Source: Myxococcales bacterium (lineage in GTDB: Bacteria; Myxococcota_A; UBA9160; UBA4427). From it: a DNA stretch of 54,341 nt. The DNA is taken from NCBI GenBank assembly GCA_012959665.1, contig DUCT01000257.1:1-54341 (forward strand), written 5' to 3'. Below, one piece after another: positions 51,760-54,341 of this stretch. The position numbers and the translations under genes were made by a program. Position 1 is the stretch's first letter. Every line of letters begins with the position of its first letter. The notes below the pieces were generated by a model that did not search any database, was not told the origin of the DNA, and saw only the letters and a program-made list of their open reading frames with translations.

Positions 51760-53958
51760 TTACGCCAACTCCAAGTTCGCAAAGCGGAGCATCACCGTTT
51801 TGACCCCCACCCGGGCGAAGCGAATCTTGAGTTTCTGGTTGATCCCTCCACCGATCACTTCGAGGATCACGCCGTCCCCAAAAACCGGGTGGCGGACGCG
51901 CATGCCCGGCTGAACCTCGCCATCGACATCGGCGCTTTCCTGAGAATACGAGTAATCGAAGGATGCCTCGGACCCCTCCGCCGACCGCCCCCGGCGGCGA
52001 CTCGCGGTTCCCCGGCCCAGAACCTCGACCAGATTGCCTGGGATTTCATCGAGGAAACGGCTCGGCGACTGCAGACTCCGCTCACCGAAACGCCGGCGCT
52101 CGGCGGCGTGGGTGATATTCAACTGCTCCATGGCCCGGGTCATGGCGACATAACACAGGCGCCGCTCCTCCTCGATTCCCTCTCCATCCCCGGCCGAACT
52201 CGCATGGGGAAAAATCCGCTCCTCCATGCCCACGAGGAACACGACGGGGAATTCGAGCCCCTTCGAGGAGTGGACCGTCATCAACGAAACCCGTTCACTG
52301 CGATCCTCCCAGCTGTCGAGATCCGAAATCAACGCGACCTGATCGAGGAAAAGTTCGAGTTCGCTGCGGTCGTCGTCGAGAGCACCCTCGTTGGCCACGT
52401 GAAAATCCCGGGCACTGGTCATCAACTCGAGCAGGTTGTCCCGCCGGGCTTCAGCCTCGGGGGTCCCCTCCTTGGCCAGTCCATCCATGTAGCCCGTTCG
52501 CTCAAGGGTTCGACCGAGCAACTGATCGAGGGGGCGTGTGGCAGCCTCGCTCCGAAGCTCGTCCAGCAGGGCCAGGAAACCCTGGATCTTTCCGGAAATG
52601 CGTGCCGCCGCGCCCCGACTGAAATCGGCCAAGCCCTGGCTAAGCGAGGTCTGCTGGGTCGCCGCCAGGGCGCTCACGCGATCCATCGTCGTCTTGCCAA
52701 TTCCCCGGGCGGGCTTGTTCACAATGCGCAGCAGGGCCTGATCGTCGAGGGGATTGATGAGCAGGCGCAGGTACGCCATCGCATCCTTGACCTCTGCGCG
52801 GTCGTAGAAACGAACGCCCCCCACCACGGCATACGGAATATTGTACTTGAGAAGCTCCTCCTCAAAGACGCGAGACTGGGCGTTGGTGCGGTAAAGGATC
52901 GCGAAATTGCTGTAGGCCCGAGCGTCCGTCGAACTGGCCGTGGCGATTCGCCGAATCACATACGCCGCTTCTTCGCGGTCGTCGTCGGCTTCGAAGAACT
53001 GGATCAGGTCACCGCCTTCGCGCTCGGTGAAAAGTTTCTTGTCCTTTCGCTCGATGTTGTTGGCCACCACCGCCGACGCCCCGGACAAAATCGGTTGGGT
53101 CGAACGGTAGTTTCGTTCGAGCTTGATTACCGTGGCTTCGGTGTAGTCCTCCTCGAAATCGAGAATGTTCCGGACATTCGCTCCTCGCCAGGCATAGATC
53201 GATTGGTCGGGGTCGCCCACCACACACAGGTTTCGATGATTCCCGGCCAACAGATTCACCAACTGAAATTGAATGCCATTGGTGTCTTGGAACTCGTCGA
53301 CCAGAACGTATTGCCAGCGTCGTTGGTAGTACTCGAGAACTCGCGGAAATTGCTTGAACAGTTCAACGGTCTGCAGCAGCAGATCGCCAAAATCCAGGGC
53401 ATTGGCATCGAGCAGCATCCGCTGATAAATGCCGTAGAAACGAGCCGAAAGTTCATCGTCGATGTCGTAGGCCGAAGAGGCGGCCTCGGCGGGGAGAATA
53501 CCCGCGTTCTTCCACTGGTCGATGCGCCAACGAATCCGCTTGGGGTCGTTGACCTTGGGGTCCATTCCCTCCCTCTTCAACGCCTGCTTGATCACCCCAA
53601 TGCTGTCGGCATCGTCGTAGATGACAAAGCCCCGACTGCGGCCCATATGACCAATCTCCCGGCGAAGGATTCGCACACAGATCGAGTGAAACGTGCCGAT
53701 GGCGAGATCGCTGGCTTCTGGGCCGAGCAACTTTTCAACTCGCTCCTTCATTTCGCCGGCGGCCTTATTGGTGAAAGTAACCGCCAGCAAACCCGTACCC
53801 GGGATCCCGCAAACGCCGATCAAGTAGGCGATTCGGCTAGTGAGCACCCGGGTCTTGCCACTCCCGGCGCCCGCGAGCACCAGAAGCGGACCCTCCGTGG
53901 TCTCCACGGCACGCAATTGTTCGGGGTTTAGGCCTTGGGTAATCGATTCGGCGAGCAC
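51760..53958 (-). CDS. uvrD: UvrD/PcrA/Rep-family ATP-dependent DNA helicase (superfamily 1A)
   Basis: LNPEQLRAVE, AGAGSGKTRVLT, VDEFQDTN, VGDPDQSIYAWRGA, YRS, TVHSSKGLEFPVVF and a C-terminal VRHPVFGDGVILEV domain. Confidence 0.92.
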   Translation of the reverse strand: MLAESITQGLNPEQLRAVETTEGPLLVLAGAGSGKTRVLTSRIAYLIGVCGIPGTGLLAVTFTNKAAGEMKERVEKLLGPEASDLAIGTFHSICVRILRREIGHMGRSRGFVIYDDADSIGVIKQALKREGMDPKVNDPKRIRWRIDQWKNAGILPAEAASSAYDIDDELSARFYGIYQRMLLDANALDFGDLLLQTVELFKQFPRVLEYYQRRWQYVLVDEFQDTNGIQFQLVNLLAGNHRNLCVVGDPDQSIYAWRGANVRNILDFEEDYTEATVIKLERNYRSTQPILSGASAVVANNIERKDKKLFTEREGGDLIQFFEADDDREEAAYVIRRIATASSTDARAYSNFAILYRTNAQSRVFEEELLKYNIPYAVVGGVRFYDRAEVKDAMAYLRLLINPLDDQALLRIVNKPARGIGKTTMDRVSALAATQQTSLSQGLADFSRGAAARISGKIQGFLALLDELRSEAATRPLDQLLGRTLERTGYMDGLAKEGTPEAEARRDNLLELMTSARDFHVANEGALDDDRSELELFLDQVALISDLDSWEDRSERVSLMTVHSSKGLEFPVVFLVGMEERIFPHASSAGDGEGIEEERRLCYVAMTRAMEQLNITHAAERRRFGERSLQSPSRFLDEIPGNLVEVLGRGTASRRRGRSAEGSEASFDYSYSQESADVDGEVQPGMRVRHPVFGDGVILEVIGGGINQKLKIRFARVGVKTVMLRFANLELA

Positions 53959-54121
53959 GTTGTGCCTCTTTCACCACCCTGGGTGGCGGTCTGGGAGAAG
54001 TCATTTCGAGGCCTGGGGGATCGGACCAGACTATCGGACGGCGGCCCAGGACTCAAACACACCGGCGCATTGGTCCCGATGGCGCCGCCGGCGCGTTATC
54101 CTGAGCATCCGACATTCAAGG

Positions 54122-54341
54122 AGAACCTCGCATGGCCCATCCCGAAGCCGAAATCCGTGCCACCCATGACCGCTTCCTGGCGACTCGGGGGGCCATCGAA
54201 GGGCTCGAGCAGCCCTGGGACGCCCTGGCCGAATTCTTTACCGAGGACGCCTGGTATGTCGACCCCGCCTGGGGCCGGGTCGAGGGGCTCGGGGCGATTC
54301 GACGATTCCTTGGCGAGAGCATGCTCGGACTCGAGGACTGG
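54122..54341 (+). CDS. SnoaL/NTF2-like fold protein, 3'-truncated by the window edge
   Basis: AAGGAG lies 7 nt upstream of the ATG. MAHPEAEIRATHDRFLATRGAIEG...FFTEDAWYVDPAWGRVEGLGAIRRFL fits the SnoaL-like pattern. The minus-strand ORF 54116-54322 is taken as its shadow. Confidence 0.55.

Noticed and set aside
1-54341. Mobile elements, prophage, toxin-antitoxin or known defence-system genes.
   Set aside because: I recognised no integrase, transposase, recombinase, phage structural, nuclease-NTPase or TA-like ORFs. Every ORF over about 200 aa that I accept as real has a housekeeping or envelope-glycoconjugate assignment, apart from the weakly assigned C45-like ORF at 19320-20264.

Overview
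This is a visibly high-GC chromosomal segment from a diderm bacterium. It encodes beta-barrel OMPs, lipobox lipoproteins and a PEP-CTERM sorting signal. I found no rRNA, tRNA, CRISPR array, transposase or integrase. Many long ORFs in the six-frame track are antisense shadows of real genes, as expected at this GC content. Positions 1-15.2 kb are ordinary housekeeping genes: an FKBP PPIase, mazG, two tandem PilT-family ATPases, yhbY, a PLP D-amino-acid enzyme, an amidase, an OMP, ilvE, mtnA, gatCAB and a DEAD-box helicase. From about 15.3 kb to 51.2 kb the window is dominated by envelope glycoconjugate genes. These include a GT87-like GT-C with an MBOAT and an AlgX/AlgJ-like protein, and one PEP-CTERM secreted protein with its own strong terminator and a 960-bp upstream region. 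They also include two tandem PrsT-like TPR lipoproteins, a TMTC-like GT-C-TPR protein, galE and a GT2-methyltransferase-GT-C operon. An eight-gene translationally coupled operon on the minus strand reads GT-C, two sulfatase-fold proteins, GT2, WbpB/E/D-like genes and an STT3/AglB-like oligosaccharyltransferase homologue. A GT2(ALG5-like)-GT-C pair follows. The window ends with a UvrD/PcrA helicase and a partial SnoaL-like gene. The main candidate for a new system is this island: six GT-C fold enzymes, three polyprenyl-phosphate-sugar-synthase-like GT2s and an OST homologue whose WWDYG sequon-reading motif is replaced. It sits next to PEP-CTERM/PrsT genes, and no Wzx/Wzy/Wza/Wzc genes or exosortase are recognisable in the window. 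Secondary observations are a PilT paralogue with an MshEN-like (c-di-GMP receptor) N-terminus and a high density of 7-16 bp tandem duplications, several starting on stop codons. One 14-bp x6 array and one coding 15-bp x6 array share the 9-mer GAAGCGCTT. There is also an unexplained 512-bp convergent intergenic region with nested helices. All family assignments come from motif recognition by eye, not from searches.
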